Of a DNA stretch of 64,000 nt, positions 1 through 12,600 are shown piece by piece. The DNA is taken from positions 512,001-576,000 of the forward strand of contig CAVTTN010000002.1 of the NCBI GenBank assembly GCA_963737655.1, given 5' to 3'. The position numbers were made by a program, and so were the translations under genes. Source of the stretch: an uncultured Planctomycetota bacterium (GTDB lineage: Bacteria > Planctomycetota > Planctomycetia > Isosphaerales > Isosphaeraceae). The notes under the pieces are model-generated. The model saw nothing but the letters and a program-made list of their open reading frames with translations. It searched no databases and was not told the DNA's origin. The stretch's first letter is position 1; each line of letters begins with the position of its first letter.

Positions 1-297
1 GACGGGGTGGGGGACCAGGACGGCCAGAATCCAGGCGATTCCCGCCTCGCGGAGAGTCATCGACCGTCTCGAAATGGGCCGAGGCCGCCCCGAGGAACCC
101 CGACGAGCGGTCGTCGGCGAGGAGGCGTCTGGCTGATCGATCGGCCAGGCGGAATGGTCGGCTTCAACGCTTTCGACCGAGGAAAAAGATCGGGCAATCC
201 GCCGGGATTTTGCCGGTTTTCCTGGATTCCTCGGTCGTGGCGACGAAGGATCTCCCGGCCCTCGCGGCGAGGGACCCGCCTCGGAGCCACCGCCCCC

Positions 298-325
298 TTG
301 ACGGCCGACCCGTCGCGGGTATCAT
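298..325 (+). promoter_or_regulatory. putative sigma70 promoter for tRNA-Leu
   Basis: TTGACG (298-303), 16-bp spacer, TATCAT (320-325), about 75 bp upstream of the tRNA. Confidence 0.5.
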
Positions 326-399
326 GAATACTCTCTCACCCAGCCCCAAGCCGGGAAGCGGTCCCCCGCATCACCCCGACCGACGGACGTGAGGCCCTC

Positions 400-486
400 G
401 CCGGAGTGGCGGAATTGGCAGACGCGCTAGCTTGAGGGGCTAGTGAGCTAACCATGCTCGTGCAGGTTCAAGTCCTGTCTCCGGCA
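400..486 (+). tRNA. tRNA-Leu(GAG)
   Basis: Acceptor stem GCCGGAG/CTCCGGC+A; D-loop GGAATTGGCAGAC; anticodon arm CTAGC-TTGAGGG-GCTAG; long variable arm; T-loop GGTTCAAGTCC; CCA not encoded. Confidence 0.96.
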
Positions 487-498
487 GTTGTTCCGACG

Positions 499-529
499 AA
501 AGCCAGGGCCATCCGCCCTGGCTTTTTTT
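499..529 (+). terminator. rho-independent terminator after tRNA-Leu
   Basis: AAAGCCAGGGC-CATCC-GCCCTGGCTTT hairpin running into a T7 tract. Confidence 0.85.
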
Positions 530-614
530 CGTGGATCGACGGGCCGATCCGTGGGTGACCGGCCCCGATCTTCGTAGGCGTACCGCCCGCAAGAGGATCG
601 GCCAGGAACGCGAG

Positions 615-648
615 AGGCCCCGGGACGACGGAAGTCGTCCCGGGGCCT
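615..648. terminator. 15-bp perfect hairpin downstream of the giant gene, probable terminator
   Basis: AGGCCCCGGGACGAC-GGAA-GTCGTCCCGGGGCCT, 30 bp past the minus-strand stop at 679; no long U tract. Confidence 0.55.
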
Positions 649-678
649 GGCGTTCTCGTCGGCGACCTCGTCCGCGGA

Positions 679-3600
679 TTATTCGTCCCGGGGGCCCTTC
701 CAGAGGCTTTCCAGGGCGAGGTCGTGGGCCGTGGCCCTGGGGCGGATGGCCTTCTGCTGGAGCTTCCGGGCGTGGGCTCCGGCGGCCCTGGGGGCCGGGG
801 TTTGCTGCTTGACCAGGGGCAGAGGCCGGTCGGGATGGCCGAAGGCGAACTTCAGGGCCGAGCCGGCGGTCGGGGTGGAGGTTGAAGTCGAAGGTGCGGG
901 GGTGAGGGTCCGGGTCGTCGCCGGGGCGATCGGGGCGAAGTCGCTGCCGGAGGCCGAGGTCGCGAGCTCCTTGAGGGCCGTCGTCACGCCGCCACGGGAC
1001 GGCAGCAAGGCCGGCAGAGGCTGGAAGTTGTGGCTGAAGACATTCGCCGGGTCGGGGGTGCCGAAGGGGGTGATCGCCGCCCCTCCGCCGGAGAACGAGG
1101 CGTAGAACTTCGCGCCCACCGGGTCGTAGACGACCACGTCGGTCTTGCTGTCGCCGTCGTAGTTGGCGACCACCGGGATGTCGGCCCCGTTGGGGACGCC
1201 ATACTGGAAGATGTTCGCCCCTCCGGCGGAGTAGCTGATGTAGTACCGGACCGAGGCGGGGTCGAAGACGGCGATGTCGGTCTTGCCGTCGCCGTCGAAG
1301 TCGCCCGCGACCGGGATTCCCTGGCCGTTGGGGTTGCCGAACAGGAAGGTGCTGGCGCCTCCGGCCGAGTAGGAGATGTACCAGCGGGCCGAGGGGGGGT
1401 CGTAGACGGCCACGTCGGTCTTGCCGTCGCCGTCGAAGTCGCCGGCCACGGGCAGGTCGTTGCTGCCCGGGACGCCGAAGGCGAAGGCGTTGGCCCCGCC
1501 GGAGGAGTACTGGATGAAGAACCTCGCCGAAGTCTGGTCGTAGACGGCGATGTCGGTCTTGCCGTCGCCGTCGAAGTCGCCGGAGATCGGGATGTCGTCG
1601 TGGTTGGGCAGGCCGAAGGGGTTGGGGACGCCCCAGGGGACGACCCGGGCGCCTCCGCCGGAGAGGCTGATGTAGAAGGTGGCCGACCTCGGGTCGTACA
1701 CCGCGATGTCGGCCTTGCCGTCGCCGTCGAAGTCGCCGGAGACCGATCGGCCGGCCCCGTTGGGGATGCCGAAGGTGTACGCCTTGCCCCCGCCACCGGT
1801 GTAGCCGAAGTAGAAGGTGGCGGAGGAGGGGTCGTATACGGCGTAATCGGTCCTGCCGTCGCCGTCGTAGTCGCCGGCAGCCTGGATGACGGTGACCGGC
1901 TGGACCTTGGTGACGGGGCCGACGTTGCCGGCGACGTCGGTGGCGACGAGGTAGAACTGATCCTTGCCCAGGGGGAGGTTGGAGGCGGGGGTCAGGGTGT
2001 AGGAGCCGTCGGCCCCGGCCACGGCGGCGGAGACGAGGTGGACGCCGAGGTCATAGAGGCCCACGGTGGCATACGGCTTGGTGATCCCGGTCAGCCGAGG
2101 ACGGCGGAGCGAGGTGATGCCGTCTCCCTTCACTCCGGTGTCGTCGGCCGGGAGGATGCCCAGGGTGGGGACGCCCGGCGGGATCGAATCGACGGCCATC
2201 GTGAGGGTCGGGCTGAGGCTGACGTTGCCGGCCCCGTCTCGGGCCCGGGCCTGGAAGTTGTAGACGCCGCTGACCAGATCGACCGACGGGGCCACGACGT
2301 AGGTGCCGCCGGAGTCGGCCACGGCGGTGCCGAAGACGGTGCCCAGGGTGTTGACCAGGTCCACGGCCGTGCCCGCCGCGGCGGTCCCGGTGAACCGGGG
2401 CCGGACCAGGCTGGTGATGTTGTCGCCCTTGACGCCGGTGTCGTCGGCCGGGAGCAGCGAGATTGTCGGCGCGGTCGGGGCGTTGGTCGCGATGATGAGG
2501 GTAAACTGCGAGCTGGCGGCGGTGTTGCCGGCCGAGTCGGTGGCGATGACCTGGACCGGGTACTTGCCGTCGGCGAGGTCCAGGGTCGGCTGGAGCGAGT
2601 AGGTGCCGTCGGCCAGCGAGACCGAGCTGACCGAGGAGCTCCCGTAGTTCAGGGTGACCTTGATGCCCGGGTCGGTCACGCCGACCAGGTGGGGCCGACG
2701 GACGTTGGTGGTGAAGTCGCCGACCAGGCCGCTGTCGTCCTTGGGCAGGAGGGTGAGGGTCGGGATCGTCGGCGGCTGGGTGTCGATCACCAGGGGCCGG
2801 GGTGCGGCCAGGGTGGTGGAGTTGCCGGCCAGGTCGGTGGCCCGGACGCTGATGTTGTACGTCCCGTCGGGCAGGTTGGTGGACGGGGCGACGGTGTAGG
2901 TGCCGTCGGACCCGGAGATCACCGAGCCGAGGACGCCGGTATCCCCGATCAGGTCCACGAACACGCCGGCCTCGGTCGTCCCGGTGAACCGGGGGGTGCG
3001 GACGTTGGTGACGTAGTCCCCCTTGATGTTCGAGTCGTCGGCCGGCACGAGGGTCGGCTGGCTGAGGATCGGGGGGATGGTGTCGATCGTGACCGTCAGG
3101 GGAGGCCCGAGGGGCCCGACGTTGCCGGCCAGGTCGGTCTGCTGGCTGGCGTAGGCGTACTTGTTGTCGGGCTGGGTGGTGGTGTCGGAGATCGTCCCGC
3201 CGCCGACGATCGAACCGACGAGGACGTAGGTCGAATCGGGCGACGAGGCGAGCTTGCGGAAGAGGGAAACGGTGGCCGTTGGCTCGGTGGCGGTGACGTC
3301 GAGGATCCGGCCGTTCTTGAAGTTGGTGATGCCGTCGCCGAGAGGCCCGCTGTCGGTGGCCTGGTCGAGGGTCGGGGCCGGCGGGGCGGCCGGCTTCTGG
3401 GTGTCGAAGAAGACGGCGACGGTGCCTCCGTAGGACCCGGCGTTGCCCGCGGCGTCCACCTGGATGGTCGAGTAGACGAACGTCCCGGTGGTGTTCGGGT
3501 TGATCACGGGGCCGGGGTCCTGGACCGAGCCGGCCCCGACGACCTGGCCGATGTACTGGTAGGCCGAGTCCTGGGCGCCCTGGGGCTTGCGGTAGAGCTT

Positions 3601-6600
3601 GATGGTGACGCCGGTCTCGGTCGGCGTGAGGTCGAAGATCGGGTTGGTGACGTCGGTCACGTCGTCGTTGTTGAACTGGCCGCTATCGCTGGCGGCCTCC
3701 AGGACCGGCGGAGGGGCGGTGCCGGGGGCGGTCAGGTCGATGTCGAGCTGGTAGGCGCCGCTGGTGCTGGCGTTGCCGGCCAGGTCGGTGGCCCGGACCT
3801 CCAGGCTGTAGATCCCCTCGTTCAGGGGCGAGGTGGGCTGGAGCGAGAAGGTGCCGTCGGCCAGGGCCGTGCCGGTGGCCAGGACGTTCGACGGGTTGGA
3901 GGCGTCGAAGAGGACCAGGGCGGCCCCGGCCTCGGTCTTGCCGGTGATCCGGGGCTGCTGGTTGCTGGTGATCCCGTCTCCCTTGGTCCCCGTATCGTCG
4001 TTGGGGTTGATCCCGAGGTTGTTGGGGACCACGGGCGGGGTGGTGTCGATGGTGACGGGCAGGAAGCTGCTGGCCGTTCCGGGGTTGCCGGCGAGGTCGA
4101 TCTCCTGGGCTTCGTAGTCGTAAACCCCGTCCGGCGTGGGCGTTGGCAGGTTCGTGTCGATCACGTTGCCGGTGCCGACCCGGGTGCCGACGACCTGGAA
4201 CGCCCCGGTCCCGCCGTGGACCCGTCGCAGGAGGTTCACGGTGGCCGTGGTCTCGGTCGAGGTCACGGCGAAGGCCGGCAGGGTGGACTTGGTGGTGTTG
4301 TCGGTGTTGCTGGCGCCGGTGTCGGTCGCGTCGGTGAGGTCCGGGATGGTGGGCACGCCGGGGGCGATGTTGTCGAAGGTGACGATCGTGGTCACCAGGC
4401 CCGGGAGCACGCCGGGATTGCCGGCGGCGTCGGTCTCCTGGACCGAGTAGATGTACACGCCGTTGGCCGGGGCCGAGGGGTCCTGGAGCATCCCGCTGCC
4501 GGTGATCGGGGTGCCCACGGCGACGTAGACGGGGTTGGACGACTGCGGGGCCCGGAAGAGCTGGACCGAGACGGTCGATTCGCTGGCCACGACGTCGAAG
4601 AAGGGGGCCTTGGCGTTGGTGTACTCGTCGGTGTTGCTCGGGCCGCTGTCGCTCTTGGCGTCGAGGACCAGGCTCAGGGCGGAGGCCGGCGCGGTCGTAT
4701 CGATGGTCACGACCAGGGCGGAACTCGGGGACGAGGTGTTGCCGGCGAGGTCCATTTCCTGGGAGGCGTAGTCGTACACGCCATCGATCGGGACGTTGCT
4801 GGCCAGGGTGATGTCGGTCAGGGCGACCGACTTGAGCGAGCCCGTCAGGGCCGCGGAGTTGACGACCACGTAGGCCGGCGGCTTGCCGCTGGTGACGTGG
4901 GGCCGCCGGAGGAGCTGGAGGACGCCGGTCGTCTCGGTCGGGGTGATGTCGAAGACCGGGGCGGTGGCCGAGGTGACGTTGTCCTTGTTGCTCGGGCCCG
5001 TGTCGCTGGCGTCTTCCAGGTCGGGCGTGGTGGGGGTGAGCGGCGGGGTGGTGTCGATGGTGACGGTCAGGGGGTCGCTGAAGGGCCCGGGATTGCCGGC
5101 CTGGTCGATTTCCATGAACGCATAGTTATACACGCCGTCCGGGGGGTTCTGGAGGGCGAGCTGGGTATCCTGGAGCCGGCGGCTGGCCGAGCTGGTGGGG
5201 CTGCCCACGCTGGTGGCCACGGCCAGCGTGTAATTGGTGTCGGTGGCGAGCTTCCGGAACAGGACGACGGTGGCCGAGGCCTCGGTCGAGACCATGTCGA
5301 AGAACGGCGCCGTGTTCTTGGTGATCCTGTCCGAGTTGCTGGAGCCGGTGTCGCTGGCCGATTCCAGGACCGGCGGGTTGAGCGGCTTCGAGGGGGGCGT
5401 GATGTCCACGAGGATCGTCAAGTTGGGGCTGGGCAGGCTGATGTTGCCGGCCACGTCCTCCTGCTCGACGAAGTAGGTGTGGGACCCGCCGGAGAGGGTC
5501 CGCTTGTCCTGGATCGTGACCGTGCCGGAGCCGGTGGCGGTGGCGATCGGCGTCCCGGGCATCGTGGAGTCGAACAGCATGACCAGCGCCCCGGGCTCGA
5601 TGCCGGTGACGTCGATATAGGGGCTGGTCACATTCGTGTAGTTGTCGTTCGGGTCGTAGCCGCTGTCGCTGCCGCCCGGGGCGGGCAGGTTATGGTCGAG
5701 GGTCGGCGTGTTGGGGGCGCCCGGCGGGGTGGTGTCCAGGGTGAAGCTGAACAGGGTGATGTTGCCCTTGGTGCCCGACTGGTCGGTGGCCTGGACGCCG
5801 ATGGTCTTCACGCCGTCGGTGGCGAAGGCCGTGGTGACCTGGACCGAGAAGTGCCCCGCGGCGTCGGTGAAGCCGCTGCCGATCTTGGGCGGCGGCTGGA
5901 TGCTCGGGTCCGTCTCGTCGTAGAGGTCGATCTGGACCACGCTCCCGAAGGCCGCGCCCTGCTCCGAGAGGCCCGCGATGAACGGCGTGGGATCGTTGGT
6001 CTTGCGGTCGTTATTGAGCAAGCCGGTGTCGCTGCCGCCGGGAGGGGGGTTCTTCGGGTCCAGGCCGATCGAGGTGGGGAAGACGATCGGGGCCAGGCGG
6101 ATGGTGAAGGCGCCCCGGCCGTAGGTGGTGGCGTAGAGGACGTCCGGGCCCTGGGAGATGTCGGGCCTTCCGGTGGTCGGGTCGATCGGGCCGAGGACCA
6201 GGTTCAGGCTGGTGACCAGGGCGTTGGGCAGGCCGCCGCCGTCGCCCGGAGGGCTGGGGGTCTGGTCGGTGCCGTTGGGGTCGGCCGAGGGGAAGATCGT
6301 CCAGGTCTGGCCGCCGTCGAGCGACCGGAACACCCCGCCCTCGCCGCCCACGTAGAGGACCGGGTGGCTCGATCCGGTGGGGTTGGCCGGGTTGTCCGGG
6401 ATGATGTACCGCCAGTCGGCCTGGACCGAGGTGAAGTCCTTGAGCCGGGAGGCCAGCTGCATCATCGACGGGGCGCTGCCGAAGAACGGCTCGGTGATGT
6501 TGAAGAGGTTGCCGGTGATGTTCACCCAGGTCGCGCCGGCGGCCGTGGAGTCCACCATGTGGTAGACGCCCTTGCTCGTCACGGCGTAGGCCTCGTGGCT

Positions 6601-9600
6601 ACCTCGGGTCGGGTTGGTCACGATCTGCTGGATGGACGAGCCGTCCAGGCCGGCCGAGAGGTTCTTCCACTGGTCGCCGTTCTGGCCGCCGCCGGTGAAG
6701 GTGACGAAGAGGTCGCCGTTGGTCGTCCCGGCGTAGACGAAGTTGTCCAGGTTGCCCAGCCCGGCCGGCCCGTTGGGGTCCGGGGCCCCGTAGGCCAGGG
6801 CCTGGGCGTTGGAGCCGTCCAGGGCCGAGGGCTTGCCGATCAGGCTCCAGAACTTGCCGTCGGTCTCGGTGCTGTAGACCGACCCGTTGAACGAGCTCAT
6901 GATGACCTGTTCGCCCGTCAGCGGGTTGACGGCGAAGTTGAACCCCATGCGGAACGGCCATTGGGGGTCGGTCACGTCGAAGATCGGGCCGGTGTTGGGG
7001 TCCTTCTGGCCGCCGCCGTTGGCGTTGATCAGCTGGTTCGTGCGGCTGTTGCCGTCGAGCTGGAAGAAGTCCGAGACGACGCCGTTGTCGGTCTCGGCCG
7101 GGACCTCGAAGCGGTAGACCGAGCCGTATTGCGAGCTGCCCGGCCCGGTCTGGACGACGGCGATCCCGGCGCCGGTGCCGAGGTAGGTGGCGTTGCCGGT
7201 GGACCAGGTGATGTCGCCGTAGCCGGCCTGGCCGGGCTGGATCACGTTGGCGTTGGCGAAGGGGAAGCCGGTCCCGTTGGTGGTCCCGTAGAACATCCCC
7301 TTGAGGAACGAGGCGTTGGCCGCGAGGTTGGACGGCTCGGCGGCCCCGTAGAAGAACTGGGTGGTCTGGAGGTTGCCGTTCCTGGACCCGCTGGCGATCG
7401 GGATGTCGCCCTTGTCGGTGGCGAGGTTGGTGGTCGAGCCGAGGCTGCCGATCAGGCCGCCCTTGCCGTTATCGACGGCCGTGAACACGCCGTCGTCGTC
7501 GCCGAAGATCAGCCGGGTCTTGCCGGTGACCGGGTCCTTCATCGAGATGATCTGATGAATGCCCCGGGTCGGGACGCTCCAGGGGTCGGCGGCGTTGGTG
7601 TCGAAGGTCGAGGGCTGGAGGGCCTGGTCGAACGGAGTCCACGTGGCCTTGGCCCCGGAGTTGGAGAACGCCAGGAGGTTGGTCACCGGGATGGTGGCCG
7701 CGGTGAGGAACGGGCTCCTCGGGTTGACCAGCAGGTTCAGGTACGGGTTGTAGACCGGGCTGAACGGCGAGGTCGTGCCGTTGCCGGCGTTGGCCGCCCC
7801 GGGGGCGGAGATCAGGACCGGGCCGGAGGCCGTCGTCGAGTTCAGCGTGGGGTAGTTCTCCCACTGGCCCCGCTGGCCGCCGGTCTGGAGGTTCGCCGCC
7901 AGGGGGGCGGTGCCCTCGGGGTCGGTGTTCGACACGTAGAAGGCGTGCGGGTCGGCCAGGCCGGTCGTGTCGATCCGCAGGAGGCCCGAGGTCTGGTACT
8001 GGTCGGTCCCGCCGAGGTACAGGACGTTGGGGTTGCTGGGATCGACGGTCAGGGCCAGGTCGAAGTTGCCCAGGCCGAAGTTGTCCAGGTTCGGGTCGGC
8101 CGGGTCTTGGATGTCGGGCGCCTCGCCGTAGGGCGTCTCTTCGCCGGCGGGGTCGTAGTCATCGTAGGTGTCGTTGTTGGTCGGGACCTTCGGCTCGTTG
8201 TGGTCGCCGAGGGTGTCCACGGAGAGCTGGATCCGGGTCCAGTTCTGGCCGAAGTCCTTGGTCACGTACACGCCGTCGAGGTGGCCACCGGCGACGAGCT
8301 GATTGTCGGTGGTGACCTGGCTGGGCGTGCTGATCACGGCCGCGTAGAGCCAGCCCTCGTACAGGACGTCCTGGAGGGGGTTGCCGGTCAGCGCCGGCTT
8401 GGCCAGGACGATCTTGCCCTTGGGCGTGGCCGGCGAGATCGAGTTGGGCGTGGCGAGCTTGGAGAAGTCCGAGGCGGAGGAGAGGACCGGGACCGGCTGG
8501 GTCGGGGTCGAGTCGAAGCTGCGGATCAGCGGGTCGCCCAGGGCCCCGGTCATCAGGTTGAAGACCTGCCCCTGGTTCGGGCTGGAATAGACGCCGTCGC
8601 CCTGGAAGGCGGCGTAGAGGATCTGGAGGTTGCCGTTGGGGGCGCCGGTGCCGCTATTCTGGTCGAGGATGACGTCGGTGGCCTGGCCGGCCTTCATCCG
8701 GGTCCAGGTGTTGCCGGAGTCCTCCGACCGCCAGATCCCGCCGGAGATGCCGGTGCCGCTCACGGCGTTGCCGTTGACGTCCACGTCGGCCATCGCGGCG
8801 TAGACGATCACGTTGCCGCTGGTCGTCGGCGTCGGGTCCACGGTGATCTTGTAGCCGACGGTGCCGAAGCCGACCTGCTTGCCGGTGGAGTCGGTCAGGC
8901 CGCTGAAGTCGTGCTTCCTGAGCGACGAGTTGATCGGCAGGAGGTTGCCCTGGGCGTCCACGTTGGTGGCCGAATCCAGGAGGGTCCAGGTCGCCCCGCC
9001 GTCCTCGGAACGAAGGATGCCGATGCCCCGGGTCGAGAGCGACGAGGTGTCGCCGCGGGTCGGGGCGCCGTCGGCCCGGGTGCTGGGGACCTCGACGCCC
9101 AGGGCGTTGGGGTCGCCCGTGGTGGCGAAGAGGATCGACTGGTTCGGGTCGTTGTTCCGGCCGAAGATGGCGATCGACCCGATGTTCATCCCGAGGGTCG
9201 GGCCGAAGTCGGTCAGGGGCACGTAGGTCGGCCCGACCGGCGAGGTGGTGAGGAAGTCGGTCGTCTTCCAGATCCCGCCGGAGGCCGCGCCGATGTAGAC
9301 CGTGTTGCCCGAGGGGTCCGAGGGGTCCACCGCGATGGCGTTGACCCGGCCGGAGACCTGGGCGTTGAGCCCTTCGCCCTGGGCGCCGATCCCCGCCGGG
9401 CCGACGGCCGTCCAGGTGTCCGAGGCCAGGGGGTTGGTGGGGTTCTGGACGAAGATCCGGAACGTCCCGGTGAACTGGTCGGCCACGGACTCGCCCAGGC
9501 CGGTCAGCGGCACGGGCTTGCCCAGGTTGAGCGTCCAGTTGTTGATCGTCCCGGTCTTCCCGGTCTCGCTGTCGACGATCCGCAGGATCCAGGTGCCGGC

Positions 9601-12600
9601 GGCGGCCCGGCCCTTCAGGACGCTCAGGGGGAACTGCGGGTTGAACGTCCCGAAGAAGTCGGGCCCGCCGTTCTGGATCGGCGTGGTGGCCGTGTCGTCG
9701 AAGGTCGTCGAGTTGAAGTTCGCCTTGGTCCCGGTGGCGCCGACCCCGCTGAAGAGCTGGACCGTCGTGCCGTCGGGCGCGATCAGGTAGCCGGTCAGGG
9801 CCGGGTCGTTGGCGTAGGTCACCGAGATCGTCAGCGTGACGTTCTGGACGACGAAGTTATCCGGGACGACCAGCTTCGAGTCGGTCGTGCTGTTGGCGCC
9901 GGGGATCGCCGGCGAGTAGCCGTTGGGCGTCTTGTAGGTGACGGTCACCGTCCCGGCCGACGGGTCGCCCCGGAGCATGTCCAGCCCGGCGTTCTCGTTG
10001 GTGTCGAGGTAGTCGCCGGTGGACGAGCGGATCTTGGTCGGGTCGAGCGTGACGGTGTACGTCCCGCTGAGCTGCTGGGTCGGGAACGAGACGTAATAGG
10101 TGTTCGCCGGGGCGCTGTTGTCCAGGTCCTGGGCGATCATGTACGGGCCGGAGATCAGGCCGCTGGGCCCCATGACCCTCAGGACGGCCCCGCTGCTCAT
10201 CAGGCTGGCGGTGTCCATGGCCCGGTCGAACGTGATGGCCAGCCGCGAGACGGTCTGGTCGGTCACGAGGTTGTCGGGCGTGGGCAGGACCCCGGGGACG
10301 AACGTGTTGATCACGTGGGGGCCGGGGACGATCAACGGCTGGGTCGTCCGGTCGAACGGCGGGGCGAAGACGGTCCCGCTGAAGGTCGTCGGCGACAGGG
10401 GGGTGGGCGTGGGGTCGGCGTAGATGTCCCCCGGCGAGGTGCCGAGGAACGGCGACGACCTCGGGTCCTCGCCCGTGGTCCCGTCGCTGTTCTGGTCCAT
10501 CTGGTTGCCCGAGACGATCGTCCCGGTCGAGGTGACCGAGCGGATGCGGTCGGTGATCGACGGCCCGACCTCGTAGCTGTACGTCCCGGTCTTGCCCTGG
10601 GGCGTCGCGAAGAAGATCAGGAACCGCGTCGGGCCCTGGGCCGTGTTGCCTTCCAAAAGGGGGATGATCGCGCCGGGCCCGCTGGCGATCGGGACGTTCA
10701 CCCCGGCGGCGAACCCGGAGGTGGTCACGCTGCGATACGTCACCGAGATGTTCGCCGCCGAGAGGCTCCCCGGGTCGATCGGCCGGTCGAACTGGACGAC
10801 GAACCCGTTGACCAGGGCGGTCCCGTCGGCGACCCCGGGCACGCCCACGGCCCGGGTGTTGTTGTAGCTGACCGGGGTGCCGTCCAGGGCGTGGACGGTC
10901 TGGCCCAGGGTGGGCGTCGAGGTGCCGGGCGCGACGCTCGGCGTGATCGGCCCCATCGTGCTGGTCACGACCCGGGGGCCGGAGGCGATCACCGCCGAGG
11001 TCACCCGGGTGTTCAGCGGCTGGAAGGTGGACGTCCCCCAGTTGTCGTTGCCGGCATAGGCCTGGTACAGGTGGCCGCCGACCAGGGCCAGGCCCTGGAA
11101 GTCGCCGTAGCCGGTCGGCGGCTTGAACGGCGTCCCGAACCACGGCTGGTTGGCCGCGGGCGACTCGTTGTCGGGGATCGGCCCGAGCGTGACGGGCTGG
11201 CCGGTGATCCCGTCGGTGACGACCTGCGGGTCGTTCACGAACGTCTCGGGCGAGAACGTGGCCCCGCCGTCGATGCTCAGGCCCACGTAGGTCGCCACCA
11301 GCGCCCTCTGCGGGTCGTTCCGGGCGTCCTGGAAGGAGACGGCGAGCGTCCCGGTGGTCGGGTCGACGGCCACCGCCGGCTTGAACTGCGGGCGGCCGTA
11401 GGTGACCGTGACCCCGTCGAACTGGCCGGTGTACGAGTCGGAGAACCCGTCGGTCATCGCGTTGTCGTCGTTGACGATCTGGGGCGAGGACCAGGTCGCG
11501 CCCCCGTCGTCGGAGTACTTCAGCGTGATGTCCGTGTTGTCGTAGATCAGCGCCCCGCTGAAGTCCTTGGTGTCGCGGGTCACGTAGGCGGCGTAGATCC
11601 GGCCCTGGTACGGGCTGAACGAGCCGAGGGTGTTGTCCGAGGCGATCACCGGGGCCGGCGCGATCCCCCCCGGGTCCACGCCGGTGAAGGTCGCGAGGTT
11701 GTAGCCGCCGAGCAGGGCGCCGGACTGGCTGATCACGTACGGTCCGGTCAGGTCCACGGCCTTGACCACGGTCCCGGTCAGCCGCCCGCCGACGTCGGTC
11801 GTGTCAACGATCGTGTCCTTGCCGCCGGTCATGTTCGAGGAGAAGTCCAGGCCCCAGTCCAGGAGCCTCTGCATCGGCGTGGTGAGCTTCGAGCCGCTGA
11901 AGTCGGTGATCTCCAGCCGCCACGTCCCGTTGATCGACGCCCGGCCCAGGCCGTAGAACGCGGTGAGGTCCGGCCCGGCCGCCAGGTTGTTCTTGGTGTC
12001 GAGCAGCTGCGTGTCGGGGCGGAAGGCGCCGACGAACGGCGTCTTGTACATCGCGTTGTCGATCGAACGGGGAGCTTCCTCGTCGAAGACCGTGTCGATG
12101 GTGAAGTACGGGTTGCCGTTGGGGTCGAGCGGCCCGAGCAGGCCGAGGCCGAGGCCGACGCCCGCGTTGGCGAAGATCCCGGTCTCTCCGGGGTGGAGGG
12201 CCGGGTTGCGGATCAGGGGGATCCGCGTCCCGTCGGGGCCGACCAGGTCGATCTCGACGTTCTGCAGGCCGTCGGGCAGCGCCAGGCTGACCCGGACATC
12301 GACGTGCGAGACCGTCGTGAACCTCGGGTCGGTGATGTTCACCGACAGGGGGAACGACGAGGTCACCGGGGTGGTCCCGAGCTCCGTCTGGCCGACGATC
12401 GCGTTGTGGTAGTCCTTCACGTCGTAGGTCGAGGTGGCGCTGTAGCTGACGCCGGCCTGGACGTGGTCGGTCGTGATCGTGTCGTAGTTGAAGGCCGGGG
12501 CGATCCGGAAGTCCTGCGAGCCGAACTCGTCCCAGATCACCGAGACCTGGCCGGCGGGGATGCCGGGGTCGCCGGCGTAGTTCGTGTTGGGCAGGCGGCC